Below, one piece after another: positions 42,085 through 52,107 of a DNA stretch of 64,000 bases; the first letter of the stretch is position 1; the number at the start of each line of letters is the position of its first letter. The DNA lies in assembly GCA_963787015.1 (NCBI GenBank), contig CAWBBM010000033.1:44338-108337 (forward strand), written 5' to 3'. This stretch comes from an uncultured Bacillaceae bacterium (GTDB lineage: Bacteria; Bacillota; Bacilli; Bacillales; Bacillaceae_B). The notes beneath the pieces were generated by a model that saw only the letters and a program-made list of their open reading frames with translations, was not told the origin of the DNA and searched no databases. Made by a program: the position numbers and the translations under genes.

Positions 42085-42128
42085 TTGACGACACTATGTG
42101 TCACAGTGTACTATCTAACTAGAACACT
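42085..42128 (+). promoter_or_regulatory. Promoter (TTGACG, 18 nt spacer, TACTAT) overlapped by AGTGT/ACACT inverted repeats (YtrA-type GntR operator candidate)
   Basis: -35 at 42085..42090 and -10 at 42109..42114. ACACT (42092) is separated by N9 from AGTGT (42105), which is separated by N14 from ACACT (42124). The B. subtilis YtrA operator is AGTGTA-N13-TACACT. Confidence 0.5.
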
Positions 42129-42154
42129 AAAACACGTTTTAAAGGAGTGCATAC

Positions 42155-42934
42155 ATGGGTGCTTTTAAAGGTCTTCTATGGAAAGACTTCAAGACTTCTA
42201 TTATATGGTTTTATGGTTGGGTAGCCATTATTCTACTGATCTTTATCATTGGATTGATGATTGGGAATTACGTAAAGGAACCGGCCGTTTCTCAGATATT
42301 CCTCATTATGATTGGTGTGTTTCACTTTGCATTTTTCCCGGGAATCGTTTATTCCATGCTTCGCTTGGAGGGGAAAACGCAATTATGGCTTCATAGTCCA
42401 CATAGTGGATTTATGCTCATAATTCCGAAACTCCTCATAGCATTTGTATACTCATGTCTCTCCCTTCTATTAGTGGATGGATTAGGGATATTGACCATGG
42501 TTATGTTTCAAGGGGACTCCCTTTTCCCTTACTGGCCATTCAGGGAAGGCATTCTCTTTAATCTAGCGGTGACCATCGTCGGTCTTAATTTATCCGGATG
42601 GACCATTTTTTTATGGACGCTCTACCACTCACTTTCAAAATATCCGTCGATTAAGAATATTCGCTGGCTCTTCATTGCAGGCTTCATTATCATCTATCAA
42701 AGTGTGGTCGCTTTTATTACGAGCATAGACTGGGTGAAAACGGTTTTCTTTGATACCTTTACGGTGAAGGTCAGTACAGGATTCTTCTTCTCAGTGGGTG
42801 CCGAAGAGGTGGATGCAGGCTTTAATCCAGAGATGATTCCATTACCACTTATGCCCTTCTTATTTGAAGGAATGGTGATGATTATCGTACTTTTCATTTC
42901 CTGCTGGCTATTAGATCGTAAGGTTGAGGTGTAG
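42155..42934 (+). CDS. Polytopic membrane protein (YhcE-like; ABC-2-like accessory permease)
   Basis: 259 aa with about 6-7 TM segments. The N-terminus GLLWKDFK is typical of ABC-2 type membrane components. It is the first gene of the GntR/ABC operon. Confidence 0.6.
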   Translation: MGAFKGLLWKDFKTSIIWFYGWVAIILLIFIIGLMIGNYVKEPAVSQIFLIMIGVFHFAFFPGIVYSMLRLEGKTQLWLHSPHSGFMLIIPKLLIAFVYSCLSLLLVDGLGILTMVMFQGDSLFPYWPFREGILFNLAVTIVGLNLSGWTIFLWTLYHSLSKYPSIKNIRWLFIAGFIIIYQSVVAFITSIDWVKTVFFDTFTVKVSTGFFFSVGAEEVDAGFNPEMIPLPLMPFLFEGMVMIIVLFISCWLLDRKVEV

Positions 42935-42937
42935 GCC

Positions 42938-43312
42938 ATGACAGAAGAATATACAGCTTCAAAGCCGATATACGTACAGATAGCAGATCGAATCATCCGA
43001 GAAATTGTAAGAAATGAATTATCTCCCGGGGACAAATTGCCTTCTGTCCGTGAAATGGCCGTCCAATCCGGAGTGAACCCGAATACCATTCAACGTACGT
43101 ACAGTGAATTAGAAAGGATGGACATTGTGGAGACGAGGAGAGGACAAGGAACATTTGTGACGGAAAAGGAAGAGATTCTGACAGTGCTTAATGAAAAGGT
43201 CCAAAGGGAAGTGATCGAGTCCTTCATCCGAAACATGAAAGAGCTGGGTCTGACAAAAGAACAAATGATCGAGGGTGTTGAAAAATACCTTGGTCAAAGA
43301 GGGGAGGAATAG
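42938..43312 (+). CDS. GntR-family transcriptional regulator, YtrA subfamily (YhcF-like)
   Basis: 124 aa. PIYVQIADRIIREIVRNELSPGDKLPSVREMAVQSGVNPNTIQRTYSELE is a GntR wHTH with a short C-terminal domain. Confidence 0.9.
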   Translation: MTEEYTASKPIYVQIADRIIREIVRNELSPGDKLPSVREMAVQSGVNPNTIQRTYSELERMDIVETRRGQGTFVTEKEEILTVLNEKVQREVIESFIRNMKELGLTKEQMIEGVEKYLGQRGEE

Positions 43313-43314
43313 AG

Positions 43315-44025
43315 ATGGTTGTGAAATTTGATGGTGTCACCAAAAAGTACGGGAACGAAATAGCATTAAAGGATTCCTCCTTTCAATTCCAGAAGGGGAA
43401 GATATATGGTCTCCTTGGTCCGAATGGCAGTGGGAAATCGACCACATTAAAGATGATTGCGGGGCTTGTGCTCCCAAACACCGGGACTGTTACCATGAAT
43501 GGGAAACAGGTCACCCGGAAAATCGCCAGTGAAGTAGCCTATTTGACCGAATTAGATATGTTTTATGATGCCTTCAAAGTTGATGGAATGATCCGCTATT
43601 ACGCCTCTCAATTCCCTGATTTTAATATAGAGAGGGCCAATGAACTGGTCGAATTCATGGAACTTGATAGCGGAAAGAAGATCAAGCATTTATCTAAAGG
43701 GAACCGGGGCAGGCTGAAGCTCGTTTTAGCATTGTCACGGAACACGGAAGTGCTGCTTCTCGATGAACCATTCTCTGGATTGGATCCAATGGTGAGAGAT
43801 ACAATCGTGAAAGGTCTCCTCTCCTATATTGATTTCGGAAATCAGACCGTAATCATTGCTACCCATGAGATAGATGAGATTGAAGCGATTCTGGATGAAG
43901 CCTATATTATCTCGGATGGTGAAATAAAAGGCCATTGCCAAGTGGAAGAGCTGAGAGAAGCAGAGGGATTATCCGTCCTGCAGTGGTTGAAGAAGACAAC
44001 AATATCAGAAGGGAAGATGAAATGA
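43315..44025 (+). CDS. ABC transporter ATP-binding protein (YhcG-like)
   Basis: Walker A GPNGSGKST, signature LSKGNRGRL, Walker B LLLDEP. Confidence 0.9.
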   Translation: MVVKFDGVTKKYGNEIALKDSSFQFQKGKIYGLLGPNGSGKSTTLKMIAGLVLPNTGTVTMNGKQVTRKIASEVAYLTELDMFYDAFKVDGMIRYYASQFPDFNIERANELVEFMELDSGKKIKHLSKGNRGRLKLVLALSRNTEVLLLDEPFSGLDPMVRDTIVKGLLSYIDFGNQTVIIATHEIDEIEAILDEAYIISDGEIKGHCQVEELREAEGLSVLQWLKKTTISEGKMK

Positions 44026-44951
44026 TGAAGACGGTTGTGCAATTACAAAGCGTTTCGAAAGTCATCAAAGGCAAGACCATAATCGATAATTTAACGTTTG
44101 ATGTATATGAAGGAGAAGTGTTTGGCTTTCTTGGACCAAATGGCGCTGGGAAAACGACGACAATCAGGATGATCGTTGGCTTAATGAACATTTCAAAAGG
44201 AGACGTTCTGATTTCAGGCAAAAGCATCAAAAAAGACTTTGAAGGCGCCATTAAGGATGTCGGAGCCATTGTTGAAAATCCTGAGCTCTATAAGTTCATG
44301 TCGGGATATCAGAATTTAAAGCACTTTGCCCGTATGCAAAAAGGGATTACGGATGACCGAATGAAAGAAGTCATCGAATTAGTCGGCTTGAAAGACCGCA
44401 TCAACGATAAAGTGAAAACGTATTCCCTTGGTATGAGGCAACGTCTAGGTCTGGCACAGTGCCTGCTCCATAAACCGAAGCTCCTCATTCTCGATGAGCC
44501 GACAAATGGTCTGGATCCCGCCGGAATTCGCGAAATCCGTGCGTATATCAGAAAGCTTGCCCAGGAAGAAGGCATGGCTGTCATCGTATCGAGTCACTTA
44601 TTATCCGAAATGGAAATGATGTGTGATCGAATCGGGATCATTCAATCCGGTAAGCTGATCGATGTCCAACAAGTGCATGATTTCGTGGAAGGTTCTGAAC
44701 AGGTATACCACCTTGAAGTAAACGATGTAGACAAATTCAAAACGGTGTTACATGCATTCGATGCTGGAATCAAATTCGAAGCTAAGGGATCCGAAATACA
44801 AGCAGCATTAACGAAAGAACAAATACCGAATGTCATCCGGGCTCTTGTCGAAGGGGACGTTGAAATTTACAGCGTCATGCCTGTTGCGAAAACATTGGAA
44901 GACAGATTCTTAGAAATTACAAACGATAAAGGAGAGGTCGTGCATGCTTAG
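44022..44951 (+). CDS. ABC transporter ATP-binding protein (YhcH-like)
   Basis: MMKTVVQLQSVSK.., GPNGAGKTT, LSLGMRQRL, LILDEP. There is an ATGA overlap with the upstream stop. The track start 43935 lies inside the previous gene. Confidence 0.9.
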   Translation: MMKTVVQLQSVSKVIKGKTIIDNLTFDVYEGEVFGFLGPNGAGKTTTIRMIVGLMNISKGDVLISGKSIKKDFEGAIKDVGAIVENPELYKFMSGYQNLKHFARMQKGITDDRMKEVIELVGLKDRINDKVKTYSLGMRQRLGLAQCLLHKPKLLILDEPTNGLDPAGIREIRAYIRKLAQEEGMAVIVSSHLLSEMEMMCDRIGIIQSGKLIDVQQVHDFVEGSEQVYHLEVNDVDKFKTVLHAFDAGIKFEAKGSEIQAALTKEQIPNVIRALVEGDVEIYSVMPVAKTLEDRFLEITNDKGEVVHA

Positions 44952-45894
44952 TCTTGTTAGAAATGAATGGACCAAAATCTTCAAGCGGGTCGGTACATAT
45001 GTAATGCTCGGACTGCTTATTCTCATTATTGGTGTCACAGCTGCTTTTACTAAGTACGATGACTCGAAAGCAAAGGAAACGGAAAACTGGAAGCAGGAAC
45101 TAGCGGCCGAGATAGAAGGGAATCAGCAAGCCCTTGCTCAAAATCCGAAAATGGATAAATTCAGTAAAAAAGACCTTGAAAGAAGAATAGCAGTAAGCGA
45201 ATATCGCATTGAAAACGAAATCCAACCTAAAGTGAAAGAAACAACTTGGTCATATGTTGAAACCAATGCATATTTGGTTATCGTTGTAGCACTGTTCACC
45301 ATCATTGTGGCAGCTGGGATTGTGGCAAGCGAATTTAGTTGGGGCACCATTAAGCTGCTACTCATCCGTCCGATCTCTAGGACCAAAATTCTTTTATCAA
45401 AATATATTTCTGTTCTATTATTCGGCATGAGTATGCTCTTCGTCTTATTTGTTCTATCATACCTATTGGGACTCATCTTGTTCGGCGGGGCAGATCAGTC
45501 CGCCCACCTTTCGTATGTGGATGGCAAAGTAGTCGAGCAGAGCATTGTTGTTTTCTTGATCAAAACCTATTTATTAAAATCAATTGATGTCGTCATGATG
45601 GCTACAATGGCATTCATGATTTCGGCTGTATTCAGAAGCAGCTCATTGGCAATAGGGATTTCATTATTCCTCTTATTTGTCGGAAGTAATGTAACAGCTT
45701 TACTCGCCTTTAAATTTGATTGGGCGAAATACAGCCTGTTCGCGAATACGGACCTGACTCAATATACAGGCTTCACATCACCACTCGTGGATAGTATGAC
45801 GATGGGCTTCTCCATTACTATGCTCATTATCTATTTCTTCATTTTCCAACTGCTTGCATTCATCGTCTTTAATAAAAGGGATGTAGCTGCTTAA
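44944..45894 (+). CDS. ABC-2 family transporter permease (YhcI-like)
   Basis: 316 aa with an N-terminal TM segment, a roughly 60-aa extracytoplasmic loop and 5 more TM segments. It overlaps the ATPase stop. Confidence 0.85.
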   Translation: MLSLVRNEWTKIFKRVGTYVMLGLLILIIGVTAAFTKYDDSKAKETENWKQELAAEIEGNQQALAQNPKMDKFSKKDLERRIAVSEYRIENEIQPKVKETTWSYVETNAYLVIVVALFTIIVAAGIVASEFSWGTIKLLLIRPISRTKILLSKYISVLLFGMSMLFVLFVLSYLLGLILFGGADQSAHLSYVDGKVVEQSIVVFLIKTYLLKSIDVVMMATMAFMISAVFRSSSLAIGISLFLLFVGSNVTALLAFKFDWAKYSLFANTDLTQYTGFTSPLVDSMTMGFSITMLIIYFFIFQLLAFIVFNKRDVAA

Positions 45895-45911
45895 AGAAGA
45901 ATAGTTGAAAC

Positions 45912-45947
45912 AAAAAGTGACGGGCTCATCAGGGTCCGTCACTTTTT
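45912..45947. terminator. Bidirectional terminator (ABC operon / tgl)
   Basis: AAAAGTGACGG-GCTCATCAGGG-TCCGTCACTTTT. Confidence 0.85.
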
Positions 45948-46671
45948 ATGCGTATCGGTACAGTTCGGAAAACTTTAACCTAGTCACTTGGTTAAGAAGA
46001 TAGGCTGACTCCTTGGCATCTTTTTTTCGAAGTGTGTTCAGGGCTTCGATCATTTCGTCATGGGTTTCGATGCCAACCCCGTGACCGAAATACTGATCCT
46101 CTTTAATAAATACAGAGTTTTCACCCATCCAGATCGGATCCTCGAAGTCGGGGTTAAAGAAATAGTATACATCTCCCGGAATGTAATCCAGTCCTTTATA
46201 CGTGACCATTCCAAGAGAGTCGTTATAATTATGGCCCCACACAAGCAGGGGTGAGAACAACTGATTGAAAATGGGGGTCTTGATCGTATCAAGGATCGAC
46301 TTATAATAGATCAACACGATGCTCGTGACGCATTCGAAGCTGTAGGCGGAGCTGTTTGTGAAGATATCTTCAATGGCGTCCGATGGAAGCTTCGATTCTT
46401 TCAGTCTGTAGCCGTAAGGAGTTTTCAACCAAAAAGCGGAGTTGAAGTTCGAATGCTCGAATGCAGAAAATTTCGCATCACTTTCATTTAAATGTATCGC
46501 ATTCGTAACGATTCTTTCTCTTATTTTCATCTCATATTTGAGCTCGCCTAGGTGACGAAATCGATAATCGGTAGGGCTCTCTTTTAATGCATGAAAGATG
46601 GTTTCTTCAACAGGTGTGAGATCCGGTAAAGCAGTAGGGGATATTTCATTCTCTATCACAATCAAACCCAT
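45946..46671 (-). CDS. tgl: Protein-glutamine gamma-glutamyltransferase (spore-coat transglutaminase Tgl)
   Basis: ..SSAYSFECVTSIVLIYYKSILDTI.. and ..DQYFGHGVGI..SAYLLNQVTRL.. align with B. subtilis Tgl (YAFECATAIVIIYY, DKYFAHGLGI, SAYLLSQATRL). Confidence 0.88.
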   Translation of the reverse strand: MGLIVIENEISPTALPDLTPVEETIFHALKESPTDYRFRHLGELKYEMKIRERIVTNAIHLNESDAKFSAFEHSNFNSAFWLKTPYGYRLKESKLPSDAIEDIFTNSSAYSFECVTSIVLIYYKSILDTIKTPIFNQLFSPLLVWGHNYNDSLGMVTYKGLDYIPGDVYYFFNPDFEDPIWMGENSVFIKEDQYFGHGVGIETHDEMIEALNTLRKKDAKESAYLLNQVTRLKFSELYRYA

Positions 46672-46764
46672 CCACCTCCAAGGCTTTTTACTAATGTATG
46701 TATTGGGTGGGGATATGGTATCAACCTGATGAAAAAAATGCAGATGGAGCGGTTGTTCACATAT

Positions 46765-46860
46765 TGGCCCGATAAGCCTCGATTCTGGCCCAATATACGT
46801 TCAAAGTGGCCCGATAAATCATGATAGTGGCCCAATTATTGATCAAAGTGGCCCGATAAT
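46765..46860. repeat. Phased array B: five copies of TGGCCC(G/A)AT(A/T)(A/T) at an exact 21 bp period
   Basis: TGGCCC starts are at 46765, 46786, 46807, 46828 and 46849. GATAA and AAT(A/T)(T/A) variants alternate, giving a 42-bp super-repeat. Confidence 0.9.
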
Positions 46861-46924
46861 CTTCAATCCATAAGACAGCTGTCGTTTAAAATGCACGCTC
46901 ATCAGCTACAATTGACCATGCAAA

Positions 46925-46975
46925 CAAAAAAAGCCTACCGGAGAGGGGGAAATCCCTGTCCAGGAGGCTTTTTTG
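46925..46975 (-). terminator. rarA terminator
   Basis: On the minus strand: AAGCCTCCTGGACAGGGATTTCCCCCTCTCCGGTAGGCTT followed by T7. Confidence 0.8.
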
Positions 46976-47020
46976 TTGAAAAATATATCCATTAGCACAA
47001 TACGTGCAATCTATACCGTC

Positions 47021-48295
47021 TTACTTCATCTGCTTCTTAATCTTCTCATACACCTGAGCAATTGCCTGTTCGAATTTGCCTGTCGATTTGGGGGTGTAGT
47101 ATTGTGCATTTTTCAGCTTATCAGGTAGATAGGTTTGAGGCACCCAGCCAGATTCATAACTGTGGGGGTACTTGTATTCGATTCCCCTTCCCAATTCTTT
47201 GGCACCCTGATAGTGAGCATCCTTCAGGTGATCCGGAACCTCTCCGCTCTTTCCTTTTCGAATATCCCCAAGGGCAAGATCGATGGCAGTGATCGCAGAG
47301 TTTGATTTAGGTGAAAGACAAAGCTCGATGATCGCGTTCGAAAGAGGGATCCTTGCTTCCGGGAATCCGATTTTCTCCGCGGTTTCGACTGCCGCAAGTG
47401 TCCTTGGTCCAGCCTGGGGGTTGGCGAGTCCGATATCTTCATAGGCTATCACCAGTAGTCTGCGGGCGATACTTGGAAGGTCTCCCGCTTCAACGAGCCT
47501 TCCAAGGTAGTGCAGAGCTGCGTTTACATCACTTCCACGAATCGATTTCTGAAAAGCGCTTACCACATCGTAATGGGCGTCTCCATCTTTATCGTGGGAG
47601 AAGCTTTTCTTTTGAAGACACTCTTCTGCGATGGCTACATCAATCTGAATCACACCGCTCTCATCGGGTGAGGTGGATAATACAGCCAGTTCCAATGCAT
47701 TGAGCGAACTTCTAACATCCCCAAAGCTACTGCTGGCAAAATGTTCAATCGCTTCGTCCGTTACATGGAGGGAATATTCGCCCAATCCCCGTTCTTTATC
47801 TTGGATGGCACGGGTTAGGGCAATTTTCATTTCCCCAATCGTAAGGGGCTTTAATTCGAAAATCTGGCATCTGCTTCTGATCGCCGGATTGATCGCATGA
47901 TAAGGGTTGCTCGTAGTCGCACCTATCAATGTGATCATCCCGTTCTCTAAATAAGGGAGGAGGAAGTCCTGCTTCCCTTTATCCAAACGGTGAACCTCAT
48001 CCAGTAGAAGAATCACCTTGCCGGACATTTTTGCTTCCTCTGCGACAATCTGTATATCTTTTTTATTATTGGTGACGGCGTTCAAGTTTTTGAATCGGTA
48101 TTTTGTACTTCCGGCAATGGCGCTTGCGATGGAAGTTTTCCCAATGCCGGGTGGGCCATAAAGAATCATGGATGAAAGCTGTTTCGCCTTTACCATCCGG
48201 TCTATGATTTTTCCTTCTCCAACTAAATGTTGCTGCCCGATGATTTCATCAATGGTCCGTGGTCTCATCTTAAAGGCAAGTGGTTTAATGGACAT
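47021..48295 (-). CDS. rarA: Replication-associated recombination protein A (RarA/MgsA; YrvN)
   Basis: MSIKPLAFKMRPRTIDEIIGQQHLVG..ILYGPPGIGKTS.. The start was chosen 7 nt after GGAGAG and matches the B. subtilis N-terminus. Confidence 0.93.
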   Translation of the reverse strand: MSIKPLAFKMRPRTIDEIIGQQHLVGEGKIIDRMVKAKQLSSMILYGPPGIGKTSIASAIAGSTKYRFKNLNAVTNNKKDIQIVAEEAKMSGKVILLLDEVHRLDKGKQDFLLPYLENGMITLIGATTSNPYHAINPAIRSRCQIFELKPLTIGEMKIALTRAIQDKERGLGEYSLHVTDEAIEHFASSSFGDVRSSLNALELAVLSTSPDESGVIQIDVAIAEECLQKKSFSHDKDGDAHYDVVSAFQKSIRGSDVNAALHYLGRLVEAGDLPSIARRLLVIAYEDIGLANPQAGPRTLAAVETAEKIGFPEARIPLSNAIIELCLSPKSNSAITAIDLALGDIRKGKSGEVPDHLKDAHYQGAKELGRGIEYKYPHSYESGWVPQTYLPDKLKNAQYYTPKSTGKFEQAIAQVYEKIKKQMK

Positions 48296-48503
48296 GAAAC
48301 ATCTCTCCAAACTGGCGTTCTAGTTAGCTTCACTTTATCACACGGGTTCCATATAAGGAAATATTGTGGCTGATGGAAAGGAGTACCGTAAGAGAATGAA
48401 ATCAACCCTTTCACAGTGAGTTAGCGGATATGCTATAATAACAAAGTCAATAATGGAGAAATACACGCTTCGTGCGTTATTAAATATATTAGAGGTGCTG
48501 GTT

Positions 48504-48923
48504 ATGAAGATATCTACTAAAGGCCGATACGGTTTAACAATTATGATAGAATTGGCAAAACGCCACGGTGAAGGACCGACATCCCTTAAAACGATCGCTC
48601 AGCAACATGAGCTCTCCGAACATTATCTAGAGCAACTGGTTGCGCCCCTTCGTAATGGAGGTCTGGTTAGAAGTATAAGAGGTGCTTACGGGGGATATGT
48701 ATTAGGACATGAGCCGTCTGAAATCACCGCTGGGGATATTATCCGCATCCTTGAAGGACCGATCAGTCCAGTTGAAGGAATTGAAAATGAAGAACCGGCA
48801 AAGCGTGAACTGTGGATCCGAATTCGGGATGCGGTAAAAGAAGTACTCGATAATACGACGATCGAAGATTTAGCCAGTCATTCTGATGACGGTGAATCCG
48901 ATGCGTATATGTTCTATATTTAG
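48504..48923 (+). CDS. cymR: Rrf2-family cysteine metabolism repressor CymR
   Basis: MKISTKGRYGLTIMIELAK.. is an Rrf2 wHTH. It lies upstream of iscS-mnmA, as does B. subtilis yrzC. Confidence 0.9.
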   Translation: MKISTKGRYGLTIMIELAKRHGEGPTSLKTIAQQHELSEHYLEQLVAPLRNGGLVRSIRGAYGGYVLGHEPSEITAGDIIRILEGPISPVEGIENEEPAKRELWIRIRDAVKEVLDNTTIEDLASHSDDGESDAYMFYI

Positions 48924-48936
48924 GAGGTTACGATAA

Positions 48937-50079
48937 ATGGAAAGAGTGTATCTGGATCATGCTGCAACGTCCCCTATGCATCCGGATGTGATAGAAGAAA
49001 TGACATCCGTGATGAAGGAGACCTTTGGTAATCCATCGAGCATTCATGCATTTGGACGTGCATCCCGTCATTTAGTGGACCGTGCACGAACGACCATTGC
49101 CCAAAGCATTCATGCTGATTATAATGAAATCATTTTTACAAGCGGTGGAACTGAAGCGGACAATCTTGCTATCATCGGATCAGCACGAGCGAATCATGGA
49201 AAAGGAAATCACATCATTACAACTCAAGCAGAGCATCATGCCGTTTTGCATGCCTGTAAATTCCTTGAATCCTCAGGTTTTGATGTGACCTACCTGCCAG
49301 TAGATCGCACAGGGAGAATTTCTGTCGAGGAGTTAAGGGCGGAGCTTCGAGACGATACCATTCTCGTGACGGTTATGTTTGGAAATAATGAAGTAGGTAC
49401 GATTCAGCCGATTAAAGAGATCGGGCAGCTTCTCAAGGATCATCAAGCCTATTTCCACACCGATGCGGTACAGGCATTCGGTTTGACTCATTTAAATGTG
49501 CAAGAGCTCGGAGTCGATCTGCTTTCGGTATCAGGTCATAAGATCAATGGACCTAAAGGGATCGGCTTTCTTTATTCAAAAAAAAATGTCGACATTCAGC
49601 CTGGTTTATACGGTGGAGAGCAGGAGAGAAAGCGCCGGGCAGGAACAGAGAATGTCCCTGCAATCGCAGGGCTTGGTATAGCGGTGAAATTGTCTCAGAA
49701 TACTATTGAAGAGAAGAAATCTCAGTACTCCAGGTTCAAGGATTTAATGAAAGAAATCTTAACCGCAGAGGACATAGAATTTGAAGAGAACGGATCCCTT
49801 GAGTACGGTCTGCCCCATGTGCTAAACTTAAGCTTTCCTCGCACGGATGTTGAGTCTATGCTGGTGAATTTAGATATGTCTGGTATTGCTGTATCAAGTG
49901 GTTCTGCTTGTACAGCTGGATCTATAGAGCCTTCACACGTGCTGGTCGCCATGTATGGCAGTCAGTCCGAGAATGTTCGGAATTCCATTCGGTTCAGCTT
50001 CGGTCAAGGCAATACGGAGGAGCAAATCGTCTGGACTGCCCGTGAAGTCGCAAAAATCGTTAAACGATTAACAACTTAA
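48937..50079 (+). CDS. iscS: Cysteine desulfurase (YrvO/IscS-like; sulfur donor for MnmA)
   Basis: PLP-lysine motif SGHKINGPKG and active-site SSGSACT. Confidence 0.93.
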   Translation: MERVYLDHAATSPMHPDVIEEMTSVMKETFGNPSSIHAFGRASRHLVDRARTTIAQSIHADYNEIIFTSGGTEADNLAIIGSARANHGKGNHIITTQAEHHAVLHACKFLESSGFDVTYLPVDRTGRISVEELRAELRDDTILVTVMFGNNEVGTIQPIKEIGQLLKDHQAYFHTDAVQAFGLTHLNVQELGVDLLSVSGHKINGPKGIGFLYSKKNVDIQPGLYGGEQERKRRAGTENVPAIAGLGIAVKLSQNTIEEKKSQYSRFKDLMKEILTAEDIEFEENGSLEYGLPHVLNLSFPRTDVESMLVNLDMSGIAVSSGSACTAGSIEPSHVLVAMYGSQSENVRNSIRFSFGQGNTEEQIVWTAREVAKIVKRLTT

Positions 50080-50126
50080 CACATTCGTCTGAAAGTGGCG
50101 AATGAAGGAATAAGGAGGTGGCGTAA

Positions 50127-51242
<1,116 letters not shown>

Positions 51243-51255
51243 ATCAAAATCAATT

Positions 51256-51306
51256 GGGACTGAGAAAAGGAGGTGTGTCATCTCTTATCTCTCAGTCCTT
51301 TTTTTC
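51256..51306 (+). terminator. mnmA terminator
   Basis: GGGACTGAGA (51256..51265) pairs with TCTCAGTCC (51290..51298), followed by T8. Confidence 0.8.
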
Positions 51307-51418
51307 ATCAGGATCGATACTATAGTTGAGTGTCCCTTATGGTATACTAATATCGATAAGCGGGAAGACCATTACTCAACTTGCATACATAAATAATGAC
51401 AATATAGAGGTGTTTAAA

Positions 51419-52090
51419 ATGGATAAGAATTTAAAAGGAATTGAATTGTTACAAGAAGGAAAAGTGGAAGAGGCGGTTAAATTCTTTACAGAAGCGATTG
51501 AAGAAAGTCCAAAGGATCCTGTGGGGTATATTAATTTCGGTAACGTTCTTATGTCGGTAGGGGACAACGAAAAAGCGAAAAGGTTCTTCGAACGGGCGAT
51601 CTCAATCGACGAGAATGCTGCTGCAGCCTTCTACTCCCTTGGTAACTTATACTTTAACGACAACAATTTTGACGAGGCGAAAGACCAGTTTGAAAAAGCC
51701 GTTTCAAAAGGGATGGAAAATGCCGACGTCTATTTCATGCTTGGAGTTAGTTTATTCCAATTAGAGCAGCCACGACTTGCTTTACCGTATTTACAACGGA
51801 GTGTTGAACTGAATGCAGAAGATGTTGAGGCGCGCTTTCAATTAGGGCTATGCTTAGCAAAAGTTGAAGCATACGAAGAAGCGATTGCGCAATTATCTCA
51901 AGTAGTGGAAACGGACCCTGCACACGCAGATGCTTATTACAATTTAGGTGTAGCGTACGCTGGTCATAAGGATGATGCAGATACGGCACTAATGTATTTC
52001 AACAAAGCGATCGACGTTCAGCCTGACCATATGCTAGCAGGGTATGGCATCAAGATGATCGAAAAGCTTAAAAATGAACAAAGTGAATAG
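51419..52090 (+). CDS. yrrB: TPR-repeat protein (YrrB-like)
   Basis: Tandem 34-aa TPR units (A..Y..LG..Y....A...F.KA). ATG 51419 lies 7 nt after GAGGTG. Confidence 0.85.
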   Translation: MDKNLKGIELLQEGKVEEAVKFFTEAIEESPKDPVGYINFGNVLMSVGDNEKAKRFFERAISIDENAAAAFYSLGNLYFNDNNFDEAKDQFEKAVSKGMENADVYFMLGVSLFQLEQPRLALPYLQRSVELNAEDVEARFQLGLCLAKVEAYEEAIAQLSQVVETDPAHADAYYNLGVAYAGHKDDADTALMYFNKAIDVQPDHMLAGYGIKMIEKLKNEQSE

Positions 52091-52107
52091 TAAGGGGGTT
52101 CACTGAC

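Noticed and set aside
42155-45894. The GntR plus two ATPases plus membrane-protein cluster as a novel system
   Set aside because: Its gene order and domain content match the known (though functionally uncharacterised) B. subtilis yhcEFGHI operon class. Only its location is unusual.
46826-46837. Array B as a set of GerE boxes controlling tgl
   Set aside because: Only one of the five units, the AATTGGGCC unit, fits RWWTRGGYNNYY. The other AAT-type unit (ATATTGGGCC) fails at the first position, and the three GATAA units do not fit either. Sibling arrays with other words occur at non-sporulation loci. It is kept only as a side note.
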